Of a stretch of 64,000 nt of DNA, positions 14,872 through 28,104 are shown one piece after another (the stretch's first letter is position 1; every line of letters begins with the position of its first letter). The notes below the pieces were generated by a model. That model made no database searches. It saw only the letters and a list, made by a program, of their open reading frames with translations, and was not told where the DNA came from. Both the position numbers and the translations under genes were made by a program. The stretch lies in the NCBI GenBank assembly GCA_004022145.1, contig RCNU01000004.1; one strand, 5' to 3'. Source of the stretch: Paecilomyces variotii. Lineage: Eukaryota.

Positions 14872-16547
14872 TTAGACTCTCATTGCGTATTTCTTCAGGT
14901 AGAGATAGTCGGCCATGTTACGGTCGACGGTCTCACGGATGATCTTGGCGCCCTTTTCGCCGTATTTGGATCGCCATTCGGCGTCATAGTCTTCTTCGGA
15001 TTTGGCTGATTTCTGGGTTGGAGATTATGTCAGGTTTGTTTTTCTTTTCCTTTTGGTTCATTTGATGGACTGGAGAGTATTTATTGGAAGAGACAAAGAT
15101 GGAGAAGAAAAAAGAAGGAAAGAACTTACAGGACCACGGGCAGTTAGGCCTGTCGACTCAATAGCATCGTCGTGGAAGCCCATCCACTTCTCGAAAGCCT
15201 CCTTGGCGAAACGGTGGTCCTCCTCGCTGTTCCAGTTGAGCATGTCTGGCGTGTATTCGAGACCGACGCTCTTGCAAAAGGCCTGGATCATCTCAGCAGG
15301 CTTCTCCAGCAGTTCGTCCGCGTCGACGACGCAGATCTCCACGCCATTGGTCTCGTCGATGTTGTTCGCGTTCTCGTTGGCGTATTCCGGATCGAGACCG
15401 TCGGTAGCGATCCGAGGTCCAACGAGGCGCACCTTGCGCAGGTAATCGAAGACACGACGGACCTCGTCGTACCCTGCTTCGGATGGATAGAATTCGTAGA
15501 AACCGGTGACCTTGTCAAGAGGCGGGATGGTGCAGCGGTAGTATGACGGGATACTGTAGTGAGGATCACGGATGAGGAAGGCAAAATGGAACTTGGACAG
15601 CATCTCCGTGGGGACCACGGTCGGATTGCCTGGCTCAGATTCCGTGCCGTAGGGGTACGGCGCCTTCTTCTTCAGCGACCCATCTCCATTAATCGACGTC
15701 GTACTACCGGCCACACCATCCGCCTCGGGGGCTCCGTTGGTAGTAGTCTGTGTGCCCACGCCACGCTTGGTCTTCTGCAGCGAGGGCGCAATGCTGGCAG
15801 GTTGGCCATTGGGCGGCACGAGATAATGGATGATGTCTTTGATAAACAGACGTTTTCCCTGAGGTCAAAGTGAGCACGAGGATCAATCAGTCACGCGAGG
15901 TTCAAAGAAAGTTCTCGCGGTGACAGGTATTTCGCAATCGTCTGCCGGTATGACGAATCCAGGGATCGGCCCTAAACCAGGAACCATCACGTGCTGGCCC
16001 CGATTCTGAACCATTCGAGGTCTCTGAGAGGAGGAAAAAGTCGAAATGATAGATCTTAGACAGGTAGGGCAGAAGATACGAATGATCTCGCCAAGGTGGC
16101 TGGTGCTGGATGGTTCTCGGGGAGGAGATTGTGCAGAGAATGACGCTCAAGGATGGAGGAGAACGACAGGGGGCAAGACAATAATAGCCAGAAATTGCTA
16201 CAGAAAGGAGGAGCGGACCTCAGAAGCTTCTTGATCGATCCTATCAAAGATGGTCTTGAAAGTCGACTGGCTAAAGCCGCTTTCAATTCGGGCCTGCTCA
16301 TCGTTCTCGTATCTCACGCTGAGCCTTTCCGGGCCAAAATAGAACGCATCTCCAAAGGGCTCGTGGATACATTTGAGAGTATCCCGACGGGTCATGAAGA
16401 CCTGGATCGAAAAAGTTAACTGTGTTAGCAACAGAACCAGCCCGGTTGGTCGAGGGTCATCGTCGATGACAGCTAGTTACTCACCCGTTCAAAGGCCGTT
16501 GAGCATGCTCGGGGGTGGGTAGCCACGAAGATCGGTTTTCCCGCCAT
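14872..16547 (-). CDS. P-loop sulfotransferase-like protein of unknown function; exons 16547-16485, 16401-16219, 15858-15130, 15012-14872 (371 aa)
   Basis: IFVATHPRACSTAFERVFMTR...CIHEPFGDAFYFGPER, RLFIKDI, FAFLIRDPHYSIPSYY, VVDADELL, MLNW and FHDDAIESTG match the sulfotransferase-like P-loop family (PRSxSTAxER / FLIRxP). Splice sites are canonical and the exon phases add up. Confidence 0.8.
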
Positions 16548-18510
16548 AGTGAATATCAGAGTGATAATACACGATCGTACTCAAAAAAGGATGCCGATAT
16601 ACAACCGGGATTGGATAGTCGCAAGGGTATATGAGTTGGTGATGGCGATGGTGCTGATGAACGGCCAGATGGATTCAGATGCGTCTCAATCCTTCCGAGG
16701 GTAGACTACGTCAAGTTCACTGGCTGCGTGCGACCGTGTAGATTTCTCTTCAGGGACGATCGGACTCGAGATTATGGGGGCCCATGGCCATTAAAAAGCT
16801 GGTATACGGAGTACGTGACGACGACGGGCCTGGACGAGACCCAATCCGCCACGACCAGGGATGCATTCTTCTGTTGACCCTCTTTTCGTCCGCTTGATCT
16901 AACCTTGGTCTGCAGCGGCCATCCCGAAATGCTGTAGCACTTTGACCTCGTGGCTTGGCTCCTCCAACGGACGAGTTGATCCTGAGGCCCTTTTGCCTTT
17001 TGCTTTTGCCATAGCGGACAGACGACTTGACTTAGCATCTCGGCAAGTCACCACTCAGGTACCGTCCTTTCACGGCGTTCGCTGCGGTTGGTCACCCTCT
17101 GCTGCTGGAAGAAGGCTGTGATTTGGTTCGAATCTTCCTACAGGTGTGTCTGTAGTAGTTAATAATAATAATAATACTTGGAAGTACTACTGACTGACTT
17201 TTCCACTAGCCTTGGAGCAGGTTAGGGTCCTTAGTACCCTAATTAATTATTATTATATAAACCAACACTCCGTCAGCCTTGCTGCTTTCACCATCGGGTT
17301 TTCCTATCTCATTATCCCCCTCTCTCTTGACGTCACTAGTTCCTGTTGATAGCTCTCGCCTTTTTTCCATCCTCTTATCGCGGAAAATCTGAAATTCAGC
17401 GCGGCTTTGAGGTCAAGCGATATCCGTGCAGGCGGCTGCATCATCCGTGCTTGCAGTGAACTACTACTCTTAGCATAAGGGACCGGCGTCGGTTCCCGTC
17501 CGCTTCGCCCTGATCTAAGTAGTCGCCCCCCGCAGGTCTGCCGGCTAGAAGCCACTGTTGTCCCATCTTGGCTCAAACTCACGGCGGTTCCCGTCGTGTC
17601 TACGACATGCTGGAGGGCTAGAACAGCATTTCTATCATTTCTATCACCTAAACGTGGCGGGGGAGGGGTTTCTTGTTTTGCCGCTTTTCTGTGCTTCTTG
17701 CTCCATGACAAAGAAGAAAAACGGGTTCGTTTCTGACTGAGAAGGTCGAGGGAAAGCCCCGTGTGCTGTTCCTGAATCAGTTTAATGTCGAACTCTCAGG
17801 TATTATTATTGGAGTACTCCGTGCTCTAGTCCTCTCAAAGCGGCTCCTTGGTACACGAGGGGCAAACCAGCGGACGGGCGGCGGCGCGCACTGACGACCA
17901 AGGCTGAAGCCCCCTCGCAGCTTGGACGAGATGGTCAAGCTTTATCGGTCGAGCTCCATTCGCTCGTGTCATCTGGAACTGGAACTGGAACTGGACATAT
18001 CCGAGTGTACCATGCGGAACGAGGATAGCCGACTGGACGGGTTGTCGTCAGATACAAATGCCAGGCTCGTGTCAGATTCCAGCTAAGCAATGGCCTTGGC
18101 TCTTCTACCGGTATATCAGCACCTCACCACCCCTGGTGTATAGGTGCCATAGCTTTCCCCATGGAATGTTGGCTGCCATCCCCGGGATACTTTCCTTCCG
18201 TAGTAGTGCGGGCGGATCGGGTTAATTATAGCTTAATTTGGATAGATAGACCTTATCGGAGTAGAAGACACTTATCGATAAGATGGAAGCCATCAGGCGC
18301 TCTCGAAATGATGGTCTGATGGTCAACGAGTGCTCTTTTCCCCGTGAGAAGACTCGAGCTGGGTCCAGAAGTTCATCTCCAGAAAGCCACAGCAACCACG
18401 GTAACTGCCTACTGGCACACTGAACCGTCGACGAAGGAAACTGACGACCGAAGAAGCATGACGCTTGTGCTATACTGACTGAGTGGTGAAGTCATCCTGG
18501 CGTGGTGGAT

Positions 18511-18551
18511 ATCACGTGATGTTTCCGGAACGAGGTGGAAGGCAGAGGAAG
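18511..18551 (+). promoter_or_regulatory. Heat-shock element (TTCnnGAA plus two further GAA at 10-bp spacing) next to the E-box palindrome ATCACGTGAT, about 270-310 bp upstream of HSP104
   Basis: atcacgtgat-g-tTTCcgGAAc-gaggt-gGAAg-gcaga-gGAAg, with GAA at 18528, 18538 and 18548. The position fits HSF control of HSP104. Confidence 0.65.
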
Positions 18552-18819
18552 ATACGTGGGACTGCCAGATCCAGCCAGCAAATGCAGCAGCTCTCTATAT
18601 TATCATTATCATCATCCTCGAGTGCTTTGCATTCTCCAGACATTCAGCGAATTCAGATCATACGATACCACATCGAAGAGCTCGTTCCACGACCCAACGG
18701 TCGACGACGACCGGTGACCAATACTTAAATACTCACCATATTTCTCTACCTAACCTTACCTCTCTACCACACTTCGACTTACCACAACAAACACTTCCCA
18801 TAATCACTTACCGTTCAAC

Positions 18820-21594
18820 ATGAACGGAGCACAGTTTACAGACAGAGCAAACAAGGCTCTGCTAGATTGCAGTAATCTAGCAGAGCAGTACGCCCACTCA
18901 CAGATTCTCCCCGTCCACCTGGCAGTCGCCCTGCTGAACCCCTCACCAGAAGATGCAGAGGGGCAGGTAGTAGGTGCACCTTCAGACGGTGCGCCCTCCC
19001 TCTTCAAGCAGGTTGTCGAGCGGTCGCACGGCGACACTCAGCTGCTCGAGCGATCATTGATGAAACAGCTCGTCCGGCAACCCAGCCAGGATCCCCCACC
19101 AGAGCGTGTTGGACTCTCCCCCGCGCTCGCCAAGACGATCCGCACAGCAACAGAGCTGTCCAAGACGCAAAAGGATAGCTATGTCGCTGTCGACCACCTT
19201 ATCCAGGCCGTCGTTCAGGACCAGCAGGTCCAGCGAGCCCTGGCAGACGCCAACATCCCCAACGTGAAGCTTATTGACCAGGCCGTGCAGCAGATCCGCG
19301 GTACGAGACGGGTCGACTCGAAGACAGCCGATGCAGAGGGCGAGAACGAGAACCTGAAGAAGTTCACCATTGATATGACCGCTATGGCCCGGGAGGGAAA
19401 GATCGATCCCGTGATTGGCCGTGAAGAAGAGATCCGCCGAGTTATTCGAATCCTCAGCCGAAGAACCAAAAACAACCCTGTCCTCATCGGTGAACCTGGT
19501 GTCGGTAAGACGACCGTCGTCGAAGGTCTTGCCCGCCGCATTGTCAACGCTGATGTCCCCGCCAACTTGGCTCAGTGCCGGCTGCTGTCGCTGGACGTCG
19601 GTTCGTTGGTGGCTGGATCCAAGTACCGTGGTGAATTCGAAGAGAGAATGAAGGGTGTTCTCAAGGAGATCGAGGAGGCCAAGGATATGATCGTTCTCTT
19701 CGTAGATGAGATCCATCTGCTGATGGGCGCTGGTTCTTCGGGAGAGGGTGGAATGGATGCGGCCAACCTGCTGAAGCCCATGCTGGCCAGGGGTCAACTC
19801 CACTGCATTGGTGCTACAACCCTGGGAGAATACCGCAAGTACATCGAGAAGGATGCTGCTTTCGAACGACGATTCCAGCAGGTCTTGGTCAAGGAGCCTT
19901 CGGTTCCCGAAACCATCTCCATTCTCCGTGGTCTTAAGGAGAGATACGAAGTCCACCATGGTGTCAACATCCTCGACGGCGCCATTGTCGCTGCTGCAAA
20001 CCTGGCTGCTCGATACCTGACCTCGAGAAGGCTCCCTGACTCCGCTGTTGACCTGATTGATGAGGCGGCCGCCGCTGTCAGAGTGACTCGTGAATCCGAA
20101 CCCGAGGCTCTGGACACCCTTGAGCGGAAGCTGCGTCAGCTCCAGATTGAGATTCATGCTCTGGAGCGCGAGAAGGACGAAGCCTCCAAGACCCGTCTTG
20201 AGGCGGCTAAGCAGGAAGCTGCCAACGTCACAGAGGAGCTCCGCCCACTCCGTGAGAAGTATGAAAACGAGAAGAAGCGCAGCAAGGAGATCCAGGACGC
20301 CAAGATCAAGCTGGACTCCCTCAAGGTCAAGAGAGACGAGGCAGAGCGTCTGGGCGACACTCAGACGGCCGCCGATCTCGAGTACTACGCTATCCCCGAG
20401 ACCAAGTCGCTCATCGAGCGTCTCGAGGCGGAACGCCAGAAGATCGAAAACGAGAACCGTTCTCGCCAGGGCGAGGCGGGAGAGGCACTACTTGCAGATG
20501 CTGTCGGTCCCGACCAGATCAACGAGATCGTCGCCAGATGGACTGGTATCCCTGTAACCAGGCTCAAGACCACCGAGAAGGACAAGCTGCTCAATATGGA
20601 GAAGCACCTCGGAAAGCTTGTCGTTGGTCAGAAGGAAGCCGTTACCTCAGTGTCCAATGCCATCCGGTTGCAGCGATCTGGCCTCAGCAACCCGAATTCG
20701 CCGCCTAGCTTCTTGTTCTGCGGTCCTTCCGGTACTGGTAAGACACTGCTGACCAAGGCGCTGGCCGAGTTCCTCTTCGACGACCCCAAGGCCATGATCC
20801 GGTTCGACATGTCCGAGTACCAGGAGCGACACTCCCTGAGCCGGATGATTGGTGCGCCTCCAGGATACGTCGGCCACGATGCTGGTGGTCAGCTGACGGA
20901 GAACCTGCGCCGTCGTCCATTCTCTATTCTCTTGTTCGATGAGGTTGAGAAGGCTGCCAAGGAGGTGCTTACCGTCCTGCTGCAGCTCATGGACGACGGA
21001 CGGATTACTGATGGCCAAGGCCGCATTGTTGACGCGAGAAACTGCATTGTCGTCATGACATCGAACTTGGGTGCCGAATTCCTGGCTCGCCCGACTACCA
21101 AGGACGGCAAGATCGAGCCTCAGACCCGTGAGCTCGTCATGGGAGCCCTGCGCGACTACTTCCTGCCTGAGTTCCTCAACCGTATCTCCAGCATCGTCAT
21201 CTTCAACCGCCTCACCAGAACGGAGATCCGGAAGATCGTCGACCTCCGTCTTGGCGAAATCCAGCGCCGTCTCGAACAGAACGACAAGAAGATCAAGATC
21301 GAATGCACCGAGGAAGTCAAGGACTACCTCGGACAGGCCGGTTACTCGCCTGCCTACGGTGCTCGTCCTCTGTCGAGACTTATTGAGCGTGAGGTCCTCA
21401 ATCGTCTGGCCGTCCTTATCCTGCGTGGCAGCATCAAGGATGGTGAAGTGGCTCGTGTGGTCATGAAGGAAGGACGGATCGACGTGCTGCCGAACCACAC
21501 GGGAGTCGAGTTGGAAGATGAAGAGATGGTTGATGAAGATGAAGCACTGGCCGAAATTGAGGAGAACAGTGCCGATATGGATCTCTACGAGTAA
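18820..21594 (+). CDS. HSP104: Cytosolic ClpB-type AAA+ disaggregase Hsp104/Hsp98, intronless, 924 aa
   Basis: Clp N domain, NBD1 Walker A GEPGVGKT and Walker B LFVDEIH, middle coiled-coil domain, NBD2 [26 protein letters not shown] and YGARPL. No mitochondrial presequence is evident. Confidence 0.97.
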   Translation: MNGAQFTDRANKALLDCSNLAEQYAHSQILPVHLAVALLNPSPEDAEGQVVGAPSDGAPSLFKQVVERSHGDTQLLERSLMKQLVRQPSQDPPPERVGLSPALAKTIRTATELSKTQKDSYVAVDHLIQAVVQDQQVQRALADANIPNVKLIDQAVQQIRGTRRVDSKTADAEGENENLKKFTIDMTAMAREGKIDPVIGREEEIRRVIRILSRRTKNNPVLIGEPGVGKTTVVEGLARRIVNADVPANLAQCRLLSLDVGSLVAGSKYRGEFEERMKGVLKEIEEAKDMIVLFVDEIHLLMGAGSSGEGGMDAANLLKPMLARGQLHCIGATTLGEYRKYIEKDAAFERRFQQVLVKEPSVPETISILRGLKERYEVHHGVNILDGAIVAAANLAARYLTSRRLPDSAVDLIDEAAAAVRVTRESEPEALDTLERKLRQLQIEIHALEREKDEASKTRLEAAKQEAANVTEELRPLREKYENEKKRSKEIQDAKIKLDSLKVKRDEAERLGDTQTAADLEYYAIPETKSLIERLEAERQKIENENRSRQGEAGEALLADAVGPDQINEIVARWTGIPVTRLKTTEKDKLLNMEKHLGKLVVGQKEAVTSVSNAIRLQRSGLSNPNSPPSFLFCGPSGTGKTLLTKALAEFLFDDPKAMIRFDMSEYQERHSLSRMIGAPPGYVGHDAGGQLTENLRRRPFSILLFDEVEKAAKEVLTVLLQLMDDGRITDGQGRIVDARNCIVVMTSNLGAEFLARPTTKDGKIEPQTRELVMGALRDYFLPEFLNRISSIVIFNRLTRTEIRKIVDLRLGEIQRRLEQNDKKIKIECTEEVKDYLGQAGYSPAYGARPLSRLIEREVLNRLAVLILRGSIKDGEVARVVMKEGRIDVLPNHTGVELEDEEMVDEDEALAEIEENSADMDLYE

Positions 21595-22022
21595 ACGGAT
21601 CTCGAAGAAAAAAGTCGCAGCTGATGAATATTATGAAGAAATTGCGAGCACAAAAGCGGATGTTAATGATGAATAAGCATGAGCATGGCGTTGGAGGTTC
21701 CAAGTATCTGTTTTAATGGGGGTGATGTAATCTTCTTCCTTGCATGTATTTACATAGTACATTTTTGGGGGTTCTTCCATTTCCAACACGAATACGGGGA
21801 ATGAATACAGACAAGATCATTAACAAAATATCAATGTCCCTTCCGATTATACAGCGTAATCTTCGCAACTTTTCTATCTTGCAGATCCTGTAGGCTAGAC
21901 ACCGTCATAGTTCAACAGCATAATCAATCTTAGTATGTTCTAACGAGTCATATATACGTGATGGTATAACCTCCACCTGTACATATACACTATACATTCC
22001 CATTTACAAGATCGATATTTTC

Positions 22023-24184
22023 TCAGACGCCACCAGCCACAGGCTTGAATCTTCTCTTCTGCATCTTCTTCTTAGAACCAGAAGAAGCCACAGGGGTCGC
22101 ATTCGGTCCATTCAGCGTAGTATTATACGTCGTATCAGGACTCAGCACTTTCCACTGAACAGTCCCATTCCCTTCCCGATACGTACTCTTCTCCTCTCCA
22201 ACAGTCCTATACCCCTCCGAAAGCACAACAGAATGTTTCCCCGTCGCGACATCCCTTCCGGAAATCACCCTCCTGAACATCTCCAGGGCCAATTCCGGCT
22301 GATAAAACGGCACTTCATGTCCGCTCTCATACACGCGTACGAACGCAAACTTACCCGCCTGTCGAACTTGGCCGTGCACTATCCCGTCAGACGTGCTTAT
22401 GTTCGTGTACCCTGCCTCTTGGAACCCTGGCGCGTCGACGGAGATAGCGACGGCTTCGCCGCCGAGCCAGTTGCAGTTGTAATCTGCGTCGCCGGCGTAC
22501 ATGACTACGGAGATGTTTTGGGCGAGGAGCGAAGCGACGTCTTGTGTGGTGTTGGAGCGTCTGCCATCGTCGCCGGTGGAAGAGAAGGCGAGGTAGACGG
22601 CGTTGTTGCTCTCTGTGAAATTGACGTAGGCGCCAATAGCGGTTTGGATGGATGGGGTGTTGAGGTAGTCGATGTAGAAGGAGTAGGGGAAGGGGTCCGG
22701 GACGAGTTCGCGGAAGTCGTACTCGTCTCGACCGAGGTAGTTGTCGTAGATGGATTCGACGTGGTTAGCACAGAAGGTGTCTGCGGTGTTGCAGATTTCG
22801 TTGATGGCGGGGTGGGCGGCGCAGTCGAGGAGTTGGTCAAGACAGTTGCCGGGGCCGTAGAGGTTGTTGTAGAGGAGGGAGGTGATGGAGGCGTTGTAGG
22901 GGAGGTAGTCGTATGTGTTTCCGGGGTAGACCTGGTTATGGTACGTTCAAATAAGTATTGAGGATTCGGATTCGTTTTCCAGGGGAGAGGGGTTTGACAT
23001 ATGGTATAGTACTTACCGTGAAGTTATAGTACGCTTGGTACTGAATGATCGGATCATACCAGCCATTACCGATCATGACGCTTTCCAATTTAATTTCCTT
23101 CGCACCCGGGGCAAGATTCTTATTCTGTTTCTCAATGTACTCATTGAACACAGGTCCGTAATGTCCTCCATAACTCTCCGTGGTGAAATGGAATTTCTCG
23201 CGAGAATACTGCGGAAACGCACCCATGAAACCCTGCAGCGCGCGGTAGAAGTTAGGAGCAGCGGCATCGGTCGAATTAGCCGTCAGGGTGACATTAGGGT
23301 ACGAGTACGTGCCGCAGGAGGAATCCTTCGCGTAGTCCGGACAGGTGTTGTTGGGCAGTGTGATAATGTCTCCCGTGTCGGAGTCGACGTAGCCGGGCAC
23401 GGGGATGCTGTAGGAGAATCCGGTCTGGGTGGGTTGGTCGATATATAGCATGTTGCTGGCGTTGGACCAGGAGTAGGGGTTGTTGTAGACCTTTCCATTG
23501 GAGTCGATGCCGCAAGGGCCGTTCTCTTGGAAGAGACCGATCATGGAGGATGATCCGGGGCCTGCAGCATGTTAGTATTATGGTTAATTTGCGTAGATGA
23601 ATATAAATTGTTTGATTGTTTCTTATAGTTCCAAAAAAAAGAAAAGCAAAACATTGGGTGTTTTCGTTTGTCAATTGGACATGTGAGAACCAGTAGTTAT
23701 AAGATGCTCGATACACCCTCCCTCTCCTGAACCTACATGTCTGCCAATGTCTCAATCCAACACAATGGCAACGTTATCTCCAGCATCATTTACACAAATA
23801 TTCCTCCACCATCCCCCCAAAAGACAATAAAAATAAAACCAAAAAAAGAACTAGATACTCACCTCCATTAATCCAAACCGTCAACGGCGCCTTCTCCGGC
23901 TCCTCATTCCTCGCCTCAAAGAACCAAAAGAAAATATGCTCATTCTCCTCTACATCCACATATCCCGAAAAGCTCTTCACATTCGGATCCGTCTCGCATA
24001 CCCCATTCGGCACCTTCTTATACCGCACAGGAATATCCAAGTATCCCTTGGTAGAAGTGAGGTCCGTAGGCGGCGCGACGAACTGCGCATATGCGGCGGG
24101 GAAAAGCGCCGCTGCTAATAGCAGGAGCATGGAGGAAGATGAATATGAAGAGGAGAGTGACCTCCGCGTTGTTGGAATTGCCAT
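22023..24184 (-). CDS. Secreted serine carboxypeptidase, family S10; introns 23862-23562, 23016-22932
   Basis: Signal peptide, SFSGYVDV, FFWFFEAR, WINGGPGSSS, LFQENGPC, LYIDQP, catalytic Ser in TESYGGHY, Asp in AGDADYNCN and His in SGHEVPFYQP. The start could instead be the second Met near 24130. Confidence 0.92.
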
Positions 24185-24991
24185 TGTCACGATCGCAGCG
24201 GTGCTAGCTGATCGCAATCACTAGGCGTGAAGGAAGTAGAGAAACCAGCGTTGGCGGACATGGTACCTTTTTATCGTCCGGATGCGGGTGAGATTATTAC
24301 CTAGCTTGCATTTGGGGTTCGGGGAAGTCGGTTCCTTATCGCGTCTCGTGCGTTGATGGCGCATGCTTAGCAGGATTCTTGACGGGGAGTCCGTCGGCAT
24401 AATAATGGATTAGGAGGGTCACTGAGCTACATTAGTTAGTGCGTACGTTACGGTGGTATATCAGTGGTAGTTATACAGACGAACACGGTTAAGAAGGAGA
24501 AAATCGAAGATGCGCATACTTTCTAGCGATGCAAAGGATTCTCAGTTGTGTCTCTGCAATAATCGATGATTGATGCATCTGCAATACCTATCAAGATGGG
24601 CTTAAAAAGTCCAAGATCAACGCCATTATTATTAGACCCACGCGGCAACATTCAATCTCCGAAAGTAACCTTGCACGTTAAGCATTCGAATCAAATGCTC
24701 AGATCTGCCTTACTGTTTGGGAATGGTTAGTGCATCAGCCACGTATGTTTAGCTTCTCGCGCGATAAACAAGCATTATTAAAGACCTTATCGCCTACGAC
24801 TAAGTAGTACTACCACTCTGGTGACACCAAAGGTAACTACGTGCTGGAATAGAATATTATTGACCATCCGAGCTCTAATTCAAGTATCGTCTGCGATGTC
24901 TATAGTCATCATTATTCTTGCGCTCTATGTCTAATCTATTCCGTAGCATGACACGGCTGTAAAAACCCGAATATAATCAACCAATCCAGCC

Positions 24992-27991
24992 CTAAATCCC
25001 CGCACCAGTCGTCTTCTTAAACACATAGCGAACTCGATTATCCTCGTCTTTCAACAAGGACACCAAGACATCGTCTTCGACAAGGTCGTTAATGTCTGAC
25101 GCAGTCTCATCTTCCGTGGTCCCAGAGTCCAGCAGTAGGGACGGATCGATATGTGCAAAATGAGAAAGAAACTGCTGCATTTTATCATTCTTTCTTCCCT
25201 TATTTCGGCTTTGTTTGCGCTCTTGGATCTGGCGCTCTTGGGCTTCCATGTCAACTTCGGATGCTTTGAGCAGGGTGGGAAAGTCTGGGAGATCTTCTTC
25301 TTCTTCTTCTTCGTCTGTGGCGTTGTCATCATCTGAGGATCTCTGGTCGTCTATGGTCTGCAGGACAACGCCTCGTCCCCCACAGTCACAGCCAAGCAAT
25401 TCATGAGTCTGGCAGGTGCTCGTCTCATCCAGTCGGAAGAGATCTTTCAACTCTTCTCGAGAAAACTGCGCGGTACCACCGCCCTTCCGTTCCATGACAC
25501 TGTCCGCCAGACCGATCTTGGTGACCTGTCGCTGCCAGATCTTCTCTTCCAGACTTCCTTTCAGCAGAATGCGGTAGATCCGACAATGCTTCTTTTGCCC
25601 ATCGCGGTGGATACGTGCCATGGCCTGCATGTCTGTTGCAGGGTTCCAGTCGACGTCGAAGAGGATAAGGCGGCTGGCTCCGATGAGATTGAGGCCCGTT
25701 CCCCCCGCTTTGGCGGAGAGGAGGAACGCAAAGCAGGCACTTGCGGGTGTGCGATTGAAATTGTCAACGAGAGACTGGCGCTTTGCTGCTGGGGTTGAGC
25801 CATCTAGGCGCAGAAATGGGAGGGAGAGCGAAGCTAGGAGATTAGCTAGAAGATTCAACGTCGACGTGTAATTGGAGACAATGACTATCTTCTCGGAAGT
25901 GTTGGTGCGCAGGTTATGCAGCAGCTGGTCCAGGACGCGTATTTTACCACTTGACGAAGGCGAAAAGTGACGGAGAAGACTCGGAGGTAGAGTCGATAGT
26001 AATGCCGCAATTGTTGCGTTTGGTGTTTCATCCGCAGACTTGGGATTCAACAAGGAAGGGCTATTGCACAGCTTCTTGAGAATGGTAATAAGCTGCAGCG
26101 CACTCTCCGAGTTCCCAAGTGCGCTTTGGAATATAGGAGAAGCAAGGACGCTGCGATATATGTTCGCCTGGGTCGAGGTCGGGTTGCAGAAAAGCACATA
26201 TTCAGTCTTTGGGGGTAAGTACTTGGCCAGAATATCCGCCGTCCTGCGAAGCATGAACTGGGCCGTAAGACTTCTGAGCTCTTCATTTCTCGCCTCGCCC
26301 TTCTCAATGTCCTTTTTAGTCGCCTCTGGTTGTCTGCTTCGCACAATCGGTCCTTCAAATTCTTTCATGAACGTCTTGTAGGACCCCAGCAGCCCAGGAT
26401 TGACCAAGTCCACAGCCGCAAAGAACTCACTGAGCTCATTCTGGATGGGAGTACCGGAGAGAATAACCCGCCTTGCAGTGCCGAGAGACTGAATCGCCTG
26501 TCCACTTTTATTCTGCAGAGTCTTCAGTCTGTGGCCTTCATCTGCAATAACGATATCAATTCCTGATCCCTGCGATAGTCCATCTTGGACCGTTCTCAGT
26601 TTCTCGTAGCCGACAATCATCACGCTGTATGCTTTACCCAGGGTGAAGTCTGTTAATCGCTTCTTTTTATCATCGAAGACAAAGACGCCTATCCGCTCAT
26701 TCCCCAACCATTTCCGAAACTCCTTCCTCCAGTTATTGATTAGAGTAACCGGACAGACAATCAGCGCTTTTTTTACCACCGGAGGAGCTTCGTATATTGG
26801 GTTCTGTTTCAGTAACGTCCATAATAGCGTGATGGTTTGCAGAGTCTTTCCTAATCCCATATCATCTGCTAGGATCGCACCTTCACCGTTGAAATCTCTA
26901 AGGCCCATAACACATTCGTACAGAAACTGCACGCCCTCTCTTTGGTGCGGACGAAGGTGCTTCGTAAGGAGTGGATCCACAACGACATCGACAATCTGCT
27001 TACCTTTTGGCACAGAGTCTGGTCGTTTCATCACCAGCGCTCCTGGCTGAGACGGATCATGTCGAGGGGTCGGCTTTCCTGTAGACGCTTGGGGCATAAC
27101 CGTACTGTCCTTCAATGGGTTCTTAAAGGCATTAGTCATGCCTGTCCCTTCCCCTGCAGTACTATCTGCTATGCTCCCCATGCTAACTTTCTGAACCTGA
27201 GACTTCGTCCTCACAAGCGGTTTCGCAGCCCCCATGGACGCAGTCCTCGAAACAGTCTTCGGCACCTGCATAGGCGTCTTCTTCACGGCCTCGTTTCTAG
27301 CCTTCGGAGGGGAAACAGTCTTGGTACTCCCAAGGAACTGCCGTCCAGAAAGATATTCCTGTTTCGGGATGGCCGAATCGACTTCGACTTCCTTCCCGCC
27401 AATCGAGAGCATAGCGCCGGGCTCCAACGTCGATTTAAGCATTATCTTGCCCATATCCCGACCGGATACGTCTTTTAAATATGCATATCCGCCCCTTACG
27501 GAGAGGATACCGTCTCCGTCCCATGTCTTGTTTTTCTTGGTGGTGAACTTGCGCCTGGATGTGTTAGTGGCAAATGATCCATGTCAAAAGCTAGAAACGA
27601 CCACACAGAGGACTGTTTTCCGTAAATAAAAAGACAAAATAACACGGGAAACGAACCAAAGGACATTAAAATACTCCTCCTCTCCTTCCTCCGCATTACT
27701 CTTCTCTTTATCTCCGGTTCTCGAGACGTCTGGCTCCGCTTCAGTCTCCACCACTGAGTTCTTCACCTGCACCAAAGGCTTCCTTGCCATCGATTGTCTC
27801 ACGATCCTTGCACCATTCTCAATTTTACTCCCAGAAATAACGCCCTCATCTTCGCCGGTCGTAGCGTCATCATCGCTCACGCGACGTCGTTTCGCTGAAG
27901 GAGGTTGAGGGGCGGAGGTCTTGTCCACGTTATTCGCTTCATTAGGTGGTTGTTTCCTTATCAGAGGAGGTTTGAAGGGCTTCAAGACCAT
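24992..27991 (-). CDS. RDH54: SNF2-family DNA translocase Rdh54/Rad54B; intron 27656-27555
   Basis: N-terminal KPFKPP and VLWRKFTTKKNKTWDGDG (Rad54B/Rdh54-type), then LRPHQREGV, ILADDMGLGKT, DEGH, LSGTPIQN, RLDGST, LLSAKAGGTGLNL, DWNPA and QAMARIHRDGQK. Confidence 0.9.
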
Positions 27992-28065
27992 ATTTAAAGA
28001 GATATAGGTCTTCAGCTGCGCTTGTTGATGCGCAAGCTGTCCTTCGTCTGATCTCAACGGGGGGA

Positions 28066-28104
28066 GTCGCGTAGCGCGTTCATAGGGGCGCGGTATCACG
28101 TGAT
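28066..28104 (-). promoter_or_regulatory. MCB-like CGCG elements and ATCACGTGAT E-box upstream of RDH54
   Basis: The minus strand reads ...atcacgtgat-accgcgcc...aACGCGctACGCGAc within about 75-115 bp of the ATG. Confidence 0.45.

Noticed and set aside
15859..16218. Possible TPP riboswitch in the long intron
   Set aside because: It lacks the conserved CUGAGA and CUGAU...UAAU...CG(N)AGG arrangement, and the host gene has no evident link to thiamine.
19054..21498. Long antisense ORFs (367 aa and 283 aa) inside HSP104
   Set aside because: Shadow ORFs expected from strong codon bias in a highly expressed GC3-rich gene; no recognisable motifs.
22233..22961. 242-aa plus-strand ORF
   Set aside because: Antisense shadow of the last carboxypeptidase exon.
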